Assembly (NCBI GenBank): GCA_013239625.1
Contig: MU053561.1
Span: 3,899,312 to 3,963,311, forward strand
DNA: 64,000 bases
Source: Lama guanicoe
Taxonomy: Eukaryota
Direction: 5' to 3'
Below, piece after piece: positions 38,086-50,445 of this stretch. The notes below the pieces were generated by a model that saw nothing but the letters and a program-made list of their open reading frames with translations, searched no databases and was not told the origin of the DNA. The translations under genes and the position numbers were made by a program. Each line of letters opens with the position of its first letter. The first letter of the stretch is position 1.

Positions 38086-40224
38086 TGAGGGGAAGAGGCC
38101 AGGAAAGGTTTATAGAGCAAACAACCCTTGAGCTTGACTCTAGAAAGATGAGGAGGTGCTTTCTGAGTGGATATAAACATGGGGGAAGAAGGCAAGAGGC
38201 AAGTGTTTCTGGAAAAGAGCAAACAACTCAGGCTGATTCCTGAGTGTGTATGTGTGCACTTGTGCGTGTGGTGGGGTGTGTGTGGCAGGCGTGGACTGGG
38301 GGAGAGACTCCCTTCAGCAGGCCATCTGTGGCTCTAGCAGTGAGCCTCAGTCATCTCCCTAAGTCCCAGGATTAAGTGTAACATCCATAGTCTCTCAAAA
38401 CTATTAGTTCCAAACCAGACAGAAGATCCTCTCCAGCTGGACTCCTTTCAAAGGAGAGTTGTTTCAAATAATCCTTTGGTTACAATAGTCAGTGTCTTAG
38501 TGAAACAGTCATTATTCTAGGAGCCAACATCAATACATTATTATTACAGAGAATGGTCACACAACAGGGCACAGCCCAGCCAAGGAAAAGGGAATTTCAG
38601 ACTGAGAGGCGGTTAAAGGTCATGCTGTGATTTAGTCCGCATAGGAAATGGAGAAAGTTGAAAGGGGAAGAGTGATGCATTGATGTGCGTCAAAATAAGA
38701 GCTTTGTGTAACAAGAACTATTTCAGAGTAATCTAATTACCAACTGTCTCCATCACATTAGCTGCCCTCCAAAGGCTGCATTTCCTTTGCTGGATTTGAG
38801 AGCAATTCAAAGTATTGCTTCGAGGCAAGAAGTTTATGGTTCCAAACCTGAGCGCTGATGGGTCTCATCTCTCTCAACGAAATCAACAAGTATTTACTGA
38901 GTGACATCTGGGCCCGCGATTCCAGGTTGGCCGTCTTCCTGGCACAGCACCCCGGGGCTCTGAATGCCCCCTCCCACCTGCTCTCCCTGGCTTTTTCGGA
39001 AAGAAAAAAGGATGCCTTGAGAGACTTCTCATCAGCTCTTTCCACTTCTGCTTCTTGACCCACAGGGCAGGGTCCAGGGGTTAGGGATGCTCAGACCCTA
39101 TTTTTCTCGCTTCTTTCTCTTTCATGAGGACTTTCATATTCTAGCTTCTGTAATTTGTTTAATTATTGTTTGTATAACTTAACTATATTTAAATATATAA
39201 TTTAATATAGCTAGATATAAAAATGCTATAAATATAACTCTAACAAATTTAACTATATTTCGTAACACGGACGTGTTCTAGAGGCTTTTGGGTAATGGGT
39301 ACTTTAAAAATGAACCAGAAAAAGTCACCACAAATCAGAAGCATAAATTGAGTTTCTCCCTTAAGCTCTTTTTTTTTTTAAAGTGAGTTTGTCTTTTTTT
39401 TTTTTTTAAACTATGGGAAACACGCTGATTTTCTTACACAGGAAACTTTAACAATCCAATTACAGTGAATAGTAAAAATAGTTTCCTAGTGGGAATACGT
39501 TAAGGATATTGAAATAACCCCCCCCCCAGTAGCACCAATTATCAGCTAAAAGTATATGGATAATCTGGACAGAAGAGCTCGAACAAGAGGCAGAAATAAG
39601 AATTTGGAAGTCAGATATTACCAAAGTCATCATTTAGCTGCCTGGTCCTAGTGGCCTGCAGGATTCTTTCCATGTTGTTTAAATAGCATCGTATCAGGAT
39701 AAACGTGAGATTAAGATTCATATCATCCTGCCACTGCTGTCGACAGATCAGCTTTTAAATGCTATTTCCCCTTCAGCTACTAAGTTGTTGCTCAGAAAAT
39801 ATCTGATAACCAAGAATGGCCGTCATAAGACATCCCTTCCCCAGCACAGTGAAGGGTAAGTTGTTGTAAAGGAAAATTATAACCATTTATATTAGGTAAA
39901 TAAAGTTTTAAATTTTACAAAATTGGCTCAAAAGGAGTTTCTGAGGGAGTGGAAGGCAGCCCCTACTAGAAGCCCAGCTCGAGGGCTGGTTTCTTTATGA
40001 GATCATCCTTGTCATCTTGTTTCAATCATTTTAAGCCAACCCCCCATCACACAAGCATAGGGATGAAGTCATTCTCTAGCACTCTGACCACTGGAGCCAA
40101 GCCTCTTCCTTTCCCAGTGGTGGTCCAGGTCTCATCTCGCCCCATCTCAGTTGTCCTGGAGATACGGTAGCACCAAGTCTCAAGGGAGCTTTCCTTTGGG
40201 ACGCAGCTCTCGGAGAGAGGAGAC

Positions 40225-40420
40225 CACGTGGTACGGCGGGATAAGCAGAGTCATCAGAGGCCAGCTTCCTATCAGTTAACTGAGCTGGTGGGCTGTGAAA
40301 CCCCTCTGAACCTCATCTGCAAAATAGAGTTAATAACACGTACCTTACAGATGGTTCAAAGGATTAAATGAAATAGGGAGAAAGCGCCTGGCACAGAGTA
40401 GAAGCCAGTCAACAGTGGGG
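40225..40420 (+). mobile_element. MIR SINE
   Basis: ctcatctgcaaaatagagttaataacacgtaccttacagatggttcaaaggattaaatgaaa...gcgcctggcacagagtag. Confidence 0.75.
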
Positions 40421-41407
40421 GCTCTCATCTTATTTCAAAGCTACTCAAAATCCTCCCCAGAACTGAGTTTTTTCTTCTCCCCTATCAGAAACCTTTCCCC
40501 TACACCCAAAAAGAGAGAGGAGTGGCTGGTGTTGCCCCCACTGCTGTCAGCACAGGCAGGCCAACTACAAATAGAGGAAGAGGTTGAGGGCGAGGACTAC
40601 CCCATGACTAGGAGCCACAGCAACCTTGGACAGCTGGCTCCTTCTGAGGCCCAAGGTCAGGTAGTAGGGCAGGAATCGCTTGCAGTGGACATGAGCTTAG
40701 CTCAGTAAAGAGGGGCCAGGTCTTATGCTCAGAGAGGACAGTTAGTCCTACCTCTACAGCAAGAGGCAAAAACATCCTGTAACTTTCTGGGCTGGGCTGT
40801 AACTAACTGGCTGGGCTGCAGAATGCTTGAGCTGTCCAAAACCGCCTATGCTATACACAGTGTACATTGCTGTTTGTCTGTCTGCCCGCTCATGTTTGTT
40901 TTCAGTGTCTTAGCAGATTGGCTCTGCATTCATGCTGCATGTTGTATTTGGCAAGAAGAGGTGTTTTAATATCCTTGCTTGACTAGAACCATCCCGAGGC
41001 TGATGAGTTCAGTTATTTTGAACAGGATAAAGGATTGCCTCAGGTTTCTCCATAATCATAGCATCGAACAGTTCAACTTTAAACTTGAGCTATCTACCTT
41101 GGGAAATACCTGCTAAAATAACCATATCTGGAGTAAGCCCTGCAGGTTCCTGGAGTTCTGACCAACTCTTGGGCAAACCATGCATTTCAAAACACACTTG
41201 ATGACTTATCTGAGCTATAATCTGGGAAGCTGAAATTAACAGAGCATCCTTGTCCTTAGCCTGACCTTCCTCTGTATGTGTCTGTAGTCTAGTACCTTAA
41301 ATGGGTAAGACCAGGGAAGATTTAACAATTACCTCATTCAAAGTTTCTGTGATTTATATTCAGTCCACAAAAAAAGTGTCCACACAGCCAAATGAAGTAA
41401 GGTTGAA

Positions 41408-41640
41408 TTTATTCATTCATTCACAAATATTTTATTGCATCTCATTTATGCTGAACACTTTATAAGGCCTGGAGATACAAATGTGAATGGCCCAATCTCT
41501 GCCTGTAAGACTTATAGTCTAGCAGAAGAGGCAGTGTTCAGGATACGTGGAGGATCGGAATAAGGGGAGTGGCCAGTTCTGTGGAGACTGGAAATCAGGA
41601 AAGAGTTTGTGGAAAAAATGACTTTGTTCAGGATCAAGAC
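41408..41640 (-). mobile_element. L2 LINE 3' end
   Basis: attcattcattcacaaatatttttattgcatc...ggagatacaaatgtgaat. Confidence 0.7.
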
Positions 41641-41657
41641 TTCAAGAAGTCATTCTT

Positions 41658-41913
41658 AAAGGAACCCTCCTACACTGTTGGTGGGAATGTAAATTGGTGC
41701 AGCCACTATGGAGGACAGCATGGAGGTTTCTTAAAATACTAATAATAGAATTAACAATATGATCCAGAAATCCCACTCCTGGGCATATATCCAGAGAAAA
41801 CTCTAATTTGAAAAGACACATGCACCCCAATGTTCATAGCAACACTATTTATAATAGCCAAGACATGGAAACAACCTAAATGTCCATCAACAGATGAATG
41901 GAGAAAAAAGATG

Positions 41914-41951
<38 letters not shown>

Positions 41952-42416
41952 GAATATTACTCAGCCATAAAAAGAATGAAATCATGCCATTTGCAGCAAC
42001 ATGGATGGATGTAGAGATTATCATATTAAGTGAAGTCAGCCAGAGAAAGACAAATACCGTATCATATCAATTAGATGTGGAATCTTTAAAAAATGATACA
42101 AATTTTATTTACAAGCCAGAAATAGACTCAAGGCCATAGAAAACAAAGTATGGTTACCAAAGAGAAAAGGGCAGGGGAGGGATTAAATTAGGAGTTTGGA
42201 ATAAATAGATACACATTACTATATATAAAATTAACAAAGACTACTTACTGTATAGCACAGGGAACTATGCTCAATTTCTTGTAATAACATACAATGGAAA
42301 AGAATCTGAAAAAAATATATATGTATGTATATGTATAACTGAATTGCCTTGCTGTACACCTGAAACTAACATTGTAAATCAACTACACTACAACAAAAAA
42401 TTAAATTAAAAAAAAG
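41658..42416 (+). mobile_element. 5'-truncated L1 (ORF2 end + 3' UTR + A-tail)
   Basis: ggaaccctcctacactgttggtgggaatgtaaattggtgcagccactatgg...gctgtacacctgaaactaac...aaaaaaa; degenerate TSD agaagtcattctt (41645-41657) / aggagtctttctt (42417-42429); internal (TA)n at ~41919-41946. Confidence 0.95.
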
Positions 42417-42796
42417 AGGAGTCTTTCTTGATTTCCAATACCCATCAAATTGACCATTCCCCTCATGAACTCAGGATTATCCATCAGCCAGTGATAATCA
42501 GTCCACACTGACAAATTTTCTGGCTTGAAGCATCCACATAGACTATGAGAATGACCCTAAGTTCACTAGCTAATTGTAGAGTCACTGCTTCTATGACATG
42601 TGTTCATCTCTTCAATCAGCAAAAGACATGCTGCTTTGACATTTGACAACCTTAATAGTTTTAGCCAATTCTGTTAAAGATTCATGTGATCAAACTCTAT
42701 TAACAGAGGCATTGAGGAAAAAGAAATATATGAAATCAGGCCTTTTATTTAGAGCTACTGTCTTCTTAATAATGAAAGTTTCAAAGTTGACTTTTA

Positions 42797-43135
42797 GTCC
42801 ATACATGGTGACCCAAGGCAGCAAAAAGGCGGAACCATCATCACGCACGGATTCTGAACTAACCGTAGGTCTATGGGGAGCAACTAATAGTGGTATAAAT
42901 ATTCAGTATAGTAAATATCACAAACAGATGCTGAAATGAAATGACCGGGTTCATAACGTAACCAGTATTTATTGAATCGGCAATGTGCGTTCTGTGTAAC
43001 TATTTGTTGGCAAAAACTCAGGGTAAATGACAGGTCAGACTGTTTTGGCATTGTCAGGTATTGTACCATTGTGCACCATTTCTTTTTTTTTTTTCCCCTC
43101 ATTTCTTAAAACTAAAGTTTTAAACTTAAAAAAAA
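42797..43135 (+). pseudogene. Probable 5'-truncated retrocopy of an unidentified transcript's 3' end
   Basis: Perfect 14-bp direct repeat aaagttgactttta at 42783-42796 and 43136-43149; A-run at 43128-43138; variant polyA signal ACTAAA at 43111-43116; body resembles no TE I recognise. Confidence 0.7.
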
Positions 43136-45499
43136 AAAGTTGACTTTTAAAAAGATTTGAGCTGAAGATGAGCGGCCTGATAGCAAAGGCAAGGAGGAAA
43201 CAAGAGAAATGGTCAGTATGAAGTCATTGACAATTAGCACGATTTCAGAGGCACTTTGCGTTTGCCCCCAAGTGTTTCCCATACCTTTACCTCCAAGTGA
43301 TGATCGCCAGGCTTCTACTGGCAGACTCCTTTTTCTTTGTTACATGGTTCAATCCTATTTAAAATATAACTATCCTTCACGATGTATTTTATACATCTAT
43401 CAGATTATTTCTTGAGACCAGCAGCACCATGGGTGAAAAAAGGGAGTGCTGCTAAGGTGGAAAGAGGGGAAGAAAAATGAATGAGATAGAGCCTGAGGGA
43501 ACTCTTGCAAGTTTTTTTCACTTGTAATTTGCTAAAGGCCAGTCCTGTTCACAGTTTAGGAAAAAAAGAAAAATTTACAGATAAGAAATGATGCCCAATG
43601 TCTGAGATTTGTAAGACAGGTGAGTTTGATGGTTTCGATACTCAAGACCAAGATACCCAACCATTTTGCCCCTCGCTCAGCTGGAGGTCATATACAAGAG
43701 TTTCAGTCCAGAACCAATCAGATTGCAGTAGGCACCCAGTGCCAGGGCAGAATGTCACTTGCCCCGAGGTACTCTGAGAAAACAGCTGTAGTTCCTCAAC
43801 AAGGACATTCAGGGTCGTATTTATCTTTTTTCTTTTCTTTTTTTTTTTTTCCAGTTTTATTGTAACATGCTATTCCTTGTCCTTAGATCTGATTGTTGTA
43901 CAAAGCATCTCCTTTCTCAGTCCCCACCCACGGGCCAGTGCAGGCCTGCCAGGAAGCGGATGAGTCAGTGTCTCAGAGCCCCAGGCACAGTCGCCAAAGG
44001 AGCCTTCCATTCCTACCTGGCTAGAGTATTTGTGCCTGCACACATTCATTCAAAAGCATGGATTGAACACTCTTTGTGTAGCGTCCTGGACCTGCCCCGG
44101 GACAGGTATCAGAACAGTGCCAGACATAGTTCTGGTTTTGTTGTGCTTACAATTAGAGAGATAAGTCACAAATGAATGAAAGTTTGGGCCACAGTAGGAG
44201 GAAGTAGGGGACTCACTCTCCAAGGAGACCTATAGCAGGTCAGAAAAAGGAGAGATTCCTGTAGCTGGAGTGGTTATGCTCCTTGAGGGCAGGGACTAGG
44301 GCTAGTGTTCATAGTGTCCCCAGGGTCTATAACACCGTGGGTGCTCAATAAATATTTGTGGAATGAATGAGTAGATGGATGCATGAGTGGATAAATGGTG
44401 GACAAATGGCTATTGTGAAATACTTCATGAAAGAGGTCATTTTTGAAGGTTGGCTAGGCTTTTGATACAGAAAAAGGAGAGGGAAAATCAGAAAAAGTTC
44501 TTCTAAGGCTCCCCAGGGCATTCAGCAGGACGGGGATGCTGCCAAGATAAAGCGAGCATTCAGAAACCCTTGGCCAGTCCCAAGCCCTCAGGCAATGCCA
44601 CAACTTTAACCTCTATCACCGTCAGTGGGCAGTAAGAACAGTGCCAGGCTACTAGAGTCCAAAAAAGTGAAAGTGGGAGATAAAAAGTAGAAAGGAAGCT
44701 TCTTGTTTGAAATACAACCTTTGTGCCACTGAGGGTGCCTTTCCACCAGCCACCCATCCATCTATGGGGCAGATCCGCACACATTGCCCATGTCCATGGT
44801 AACACTGAAGGGATCAGAGCCAACGTGTATCAATCACAAGCTGGGCAGAGCAGTCAGTGAGAAGACAGGGCTCCAACAGGTCACAACTTTCCCCATCCAC
44901 TTCTGCCGGGCTCTACCGGGTTTGGCTTCTGGCCTGAAGCCTGACTTTCTTCCAAGATGAGCCTCTTGATTCCTATCCAGAGGCTCTTAATACCAAACTA
45001 CTTAATATATCGAAGCACCGACAACAGTACCAGCCCCGTAGAAAGACCCACCCCGCTACTGGGTTTTGTGGTTTATGGAGGCAGCAAGAGGAACTCAAGC
45101 TGAAGGCAGCCCCCATGTCCTCTTCTATATTCCCAGCATCCAGCCAGTGCCTGACACATAGTAGGTCCTCAGCAAATGTTTGAAGAATGAAAGAGTAAGG
45201 CAGCTGTGGTTCCACAGTGCAGGTCAGCCTTCTGCTGGTCTTTCCCTGTCCTAAACCCTGGTTTAAATGGCTGGACTTCTGCCATTACTCTGCTCTATGA
45301 CTAGGATGGGGATTCCTACCTTTCTCTTGTCTATCCGGGACTGCAGTCCCGCCCTAAGACCCAAGACTATTATCTGTTTCTTTCCTAGATGTCAAGTGTC
45401 TGATATTTCTCAGTATTTCTCAAATATTACTTTCTACCAATTACCTCTGGCCTCCATCATGCATAGGCCTTCAAAGACTGTTTCATGCCTCAGTGTTCT

Positions 45500-45890
45500 C
45501 ATATTCTCGATTCCTCTGTCACAAACTCTCCTTCACCTCATTAATTTCTACTCATGCTTCAAAGCTCATCTCAACTATCACCTCCTCCCAGAAGCCTACC
45601 CAGATCTGCCTACCCTATATAATGTTCCTTCTTTATGTAATGTATACATTCCTCCCTTAGCTTCCCATGACCTCCCGGGTGCATCTCCACCTACCACTAC
45701 TAAGTTGCACTGCAATCACTGATCCACTCACCTGTTCTCCTTCTCCATGCTCTACTCTGAGCAAATGAAGGGCAGGGAATGTGTTTATCTTTCTATCCAC
45801 ATCATCTATAATAGTGTCTAGCCAAGTATTCAATAAAAGTCTGTTTAAAAAAAAATGAGTGAATGAATGAATGAATGAATGAGTGAATGA
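45500..45890 (+). mobile_element. L2 LINE 3' end with (TGAA)n tail
   Basis: ttctactcatgcttcaaagctcatctcaactatcacctcctcccagaagcct...attcaataaa...gaatgaatgaatgaatgaat. Confidence 0.8.
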
Positions 45891-46449
45891 CTTCTACCCA
45901 TCAGGATAGCCTGAGCTGAGACCTGTTTCTGCTCTCCACCCTGGATGCCAAACGTTGCCTTTCACGCTGACCAGCCCCTTCCCTCAGTCCCTGTCATTCA
46001 AGTACCAGACTCTCTCACTTACCGCCCCTCCCATGATGAGTGCTTTGACTAGTCCTGTTATGGACTGTGTCCTGCTCTGTTCCGTGATAGGACACTTCGT
46101 TGAACATTGACCATGGTGGAGTCACACAGATGCACATTTCACTTTCATAATTTCAACTATATGCTCTCAGCTCCACTTATGGTTTTAGAATTTAATGATA
46201 ATATTTTTCATACAGTTCGGCTCCTAAATATAAGCCATCTATTTCATTTGGCACAAAGAAACACTCATATGTTCCAACAGCAAAGAGAAAACTGTTAGAT
46301 TTATTTAAAGATGGCAGACTCTGTTCTGTACTTTATGGAAAATTTAAGGGATTTTTTTTTTGCCTATAAAAGGATAATTTTTGTCTATAAAATATTTTTA
46401 CCTTGCACTCTGATTTTACTTTATTTTTTAAAAAATTTTATCTGTAGAG

Positions 46450-49400
46450 TTTAGTATTTTTCTCTAAGACAAGGATTCCTTTTTAAACATAATCATAGTA
46501 CCATCATAATACAAAGAAAACCAGTAATAATCCCTTAATATATCAAATATCCTATACTTGTTGTGTTTGTATTTATATATATAAATATATATGTATTGTA
46601 TTTATATTTATATATATGTATATATATACACTTACATGTATATATGTATATATATATGTTTGCTGTTTTAATTGGAATCTGAATAAAATCCATACCTTGC
46701 AATTAGCTAATACGTCTCTTAAATTTCTTTTAATCTGTAGAATTGTTCTCCATCGTTTTTTTTTCTTTTTGATAGTTGCACCTTGTTGTTTTGTTGTTGC
46801 AGTAACTACGTTGTTAAATAACTTATAGTTTCCTGCAGTCTGGATTTTGGTGATTGCATCTTCATGGTGTTTGTTCTTAGCATGTTACCTTATTCCCTAC
46901 ATACCCTTTAAATTGGTAGTTAGATCTGGAGGCTTGATTAGCTTCAGATTTGATTTTTTTTTTGAAACCATTTCACAGGAAGTATTGTGTATTTCTATCA
47001 GGAGGTACAAAAATGTGGTTCTCTCCTTTTAATGATGTTAGCAGCCATTGATGATTGTTGTCTAGATCCATTATTTCATTAGGTTTTGCCAATTGGTGAA
47101 ATTCTAATTCCAGCAGTCCTTCTTCATATATTAACTAGGATACTGCTAAAAGGCAAATTTTCCCTTACCTAATGTTTATTTATCTTAAGCTACCATTTAT
47201 TTAGGATAAATACTTGACTGTTTTTTTTTTTAATTTCTGTTTCCAGTGGTTCTCTAATATTCTCTGAAGGTGATCAAGTAAAAAAATGAACTCATGAATT
47301 TAAACATATTTGATGCATTCCGTTCCATTGCGGTCATATTCTCTATTGATGCTCAGATCGTCCCCTCTTTACCCAAAGACTATTCAGTTAGCTCTCATGC
47401 CCTTTTGACGTGACCCCAGGAGCTAATAGCTACCACTGATTTTGGTATGACAAGATGTTTTGGGCTCACCTTGTACATTTCCTCTCCCAGAACTGGAATC
47501 AGGCATTTCTCCAAATTTCCTTCTAGTGGGAAATTGTTTATAGGCAAAATTTGAGCCCTCCAGGTGCTCAATGATATCGCTTTGCTCATTGCCTCCAGGT
47601 CTTTTTGGTGACCTAGAAATATCATGACTCCGAAGAGATACTTCCAGTTCAAACTCAAGATCACCAGGTTCTCTCTTATCCTTATTGCTCTTACTTCTGT
47701 GTTTCCTTTCTCTCACACCAAAAATCTTATTTTTAAATGACTCCACATTACTATTAATTTGCCTTGTCCCACTTTATACAATTTTAGAACAATAACAATA
47801 TTAGAACAATAGATTATTGAAAATAGCTTTGGGGTATATGCTGTTAAAAATGTGCAGTTAAATTACTGAGCTTTACAGTCACTTGGAATAGTTTCAACCA
47901 ACTAGGCACATCATTAGATTCATTTATTTCATTTTACTTTTGTTTTTAGAGATTATTTAAAAATTTTTCATTCTAGTTTATAATTATGTAAAACATTTAC
48001 AAAGCTTCAAAGTCAAATTTACACCAGAAAAATGATTTTTTAAAGTCTAGCTTCTCTCCCTCTCCCCTATTCCCTCCCAATAAACAAAATTTAGAAATTT
48101 CATGACTTATTCTTCCAATTTTTATTTATTTATTTATTTATTTAACCAAATCATTATTTTTATTTCTTTACATTTTTTAATTGAATGAAGAATTCTTTAA
48201 ATTCTACACTGCTTTACAGTTTTCAGAAGTTTCACAGACATGGTTTTATATAATCCAATAATAACCCTTTCTAATGTTTTAAATTTGAAATATGAATGTT
48301 TATGTATATGTATGTGTTCATGTGTGTGTGCGTTTGTGTATCCTCTATTCCTAGATGAAAGGTGGAATATTCTAGACACTTTTCTTCACCATGCCTTTCA
48401 TCACTTAACAGTATATCCTGGAGATCATGCCACTGTAGCATAGTAACGTATGGAGAGAGTCCCCATTCCTTTACGCAGATGCATAGAGCCCCAGCTACTG
48501 AAATAGCGTAGTTTACTTAGTCTCCTAGAAATGGATATTTGGGTTGTTGCAGTCTTTTGCTACTAATAGTACTACAATGGATTGCTTTGTGCAAATATCT
48601 TTTCATAGTTTTGCAGGTGTTTCTTTGGGAAAGATTTCTAGACGTAGATTGCAAGAATAAAGGATAAATGCACAAATAATTTTACTAGATCTTGCCAACT
48701 TCCCCTTCCTAGGGTTCAACCTTTTATATCTTCTCCACCAGCAATTTTTAAGAACACCTAATTCCCCATAGACTTGTCAACAGCCTTTGTTGCCAAACTT
48801 GAATTTTTGCCAATCTGATAGGTGAGAAATGATATTCCAGTGTGATTTCTCTTATCGTGGGCAAAGTTGAGCATTGTCCATAATACTTAAGAGCTATTTC
48901 CACCTTTTCTGTTCAACAGTCTCTATCTCTAACAGTCCGTTTTTTCTATAGGGCTATTGGCTTTTTTCTTCTCTATTTCTAGAAATGATTTTTATATATT
49001 ATGAATATTAGCCATTAATCTGTGATGTAAGTTGCAAATATTTTTCTTGGTTTATCTCTTGTCTTTTATTTTACTTATGGTGTATTTTTCCATATAGAAT
49101 TTTTTTAAAAATTATGGAATCACATTTGTCATTCTTGTCTCTTAACTATATTTAGATTAAGTTTTCACTACCTTCAGATTATTGAAATAACCTGTTTTAT
49201 TTTTTGGTACTTGCATGTGTATGATCCATTTGGAATTTATCTTAATGAACAGTATGAGGGATGCATCCAAGTTTATTAGTGTCCATGTGACTATTCAATT
49301 ATCCTAACACCACTTTTTAAAAAGTTAATCTTCCTCTCTGCTGATTTGAGATGCTAAGTTTATTGTATACCAAACATTCATTAGCAATTGGATCTATTTT

Positions 49401-49715
49401 TTCTTTTGTTTTATTATGTGCTAACATTAATCTATTTAATTATAAAGGCTTTATAGTATATGTTTTAGTGTCCAGTATGGCCCCAACTCAATATTCTTTT
49501 TTTAGGGTTATCCTATCTATTCATACTTATTTGCTCTTCAACTGAACTTTATAACTTAATTGTCTAGGTGGGTCTAGAAAATAACCTGAGAGCATTTTAT
49601 TGGGATTGCATTACACGTATAAGTTAACTTGAGAGAACTGATATCTTTATAAAATTGAGTCTTTCTATCCAAGAACATGGTATATTTCCATTTGTTCAGG
49701 TCTATTTTTATATCA
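46450..49715 (-). mobile_element. Ancient L1 (L1MC/ME-like) 3' UTR and ORF2 end, with internal (TA)-rich tract
   Basis: caagatgttttgggctcaccttgtacatttcc...ggaatcaggcatttctcc; ORF 49574-49801 contains DLNKWK...CNAIPIK (L1 ORF2). Confidence 0.75.
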
Positions 49716-49719
49716 TGAT

Positions 49720-50445
49720 CTTTGAGTAAAGCTGAAGCCAAAGGCGTAACTATAGAACCCTTTGCTGAAGCTCGGAAATATTGTAGGCAGTGCCTAACCA
49801 TTTAGAATAGTTTCTCAATATCTCAGGTGTGTGCCTCTCAGACCCTCTCTGTTGCGTAAGAGAGTGTCTAAGATTCATCAGGATGTGTCTCTCAGTAGCC
49901 TCGTGAGGAGCCCAAGGAAAAGGAAGGATGATTTTGTGATTTGGAGGGACACCTTTTGTATAATGCGGTGAATTATAAATTGATACATAAGAAATGCACT
50001 AACATTTTAAAGAAATTATGCTAGGTTGGACTGAAAGGAACAAAGACAGTGTAAAATAAAGAGAGTCCTTCAGACTCCTCAACTTCCATGGGCAGGAAAC
50101 AGCCCAAACTACTCTTGCAAACGTGGATTCTCCTCATGGGAATGCAGAGATCACTGAGAGGGTGAAGCCAAGGTGATGGAGTACGGCCCCCAGACAGCAA
50201 GACAGCCCTAAGCAAGGAACTGGCGACGCGTGCCCAGCTAAATCTCAGGACTGCGATAGACTGGTGCCTGCCTTGTTTCCCCTTTTTGAACAGGAGTATC
50301 TATTCAGCTCTTCCATGCCTGTCACACCGTTATACATCAGGTGTGGGATGGCGCGAGATAACTTGTCTCTTTGGTTCGTAAGTCTTCAAATTGCACGTGG
50401 ACATGATTTAGATGACATGATATTGGATCTTGAAGGCTTGGGATA
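49720..50445 (+). mobile_element. MaLR internal region fragment (MLT1-int-like)
   Basis: ttggactgaaaggaacaaagacag; cccctttttgaacaggagtatctatt...gataacttgtctctttggttc resemble the MLT1-int 3' part. Confidence 0.6.

Noticed and set aside
43826..43862. Minus-strand AATAAA followed by a long A-run, suggesting a second retrocopy
   Set aside because: I could not find a matching TSD, and the signal is only ~5 nt from the A-run; more likely a simple poly-T tract.
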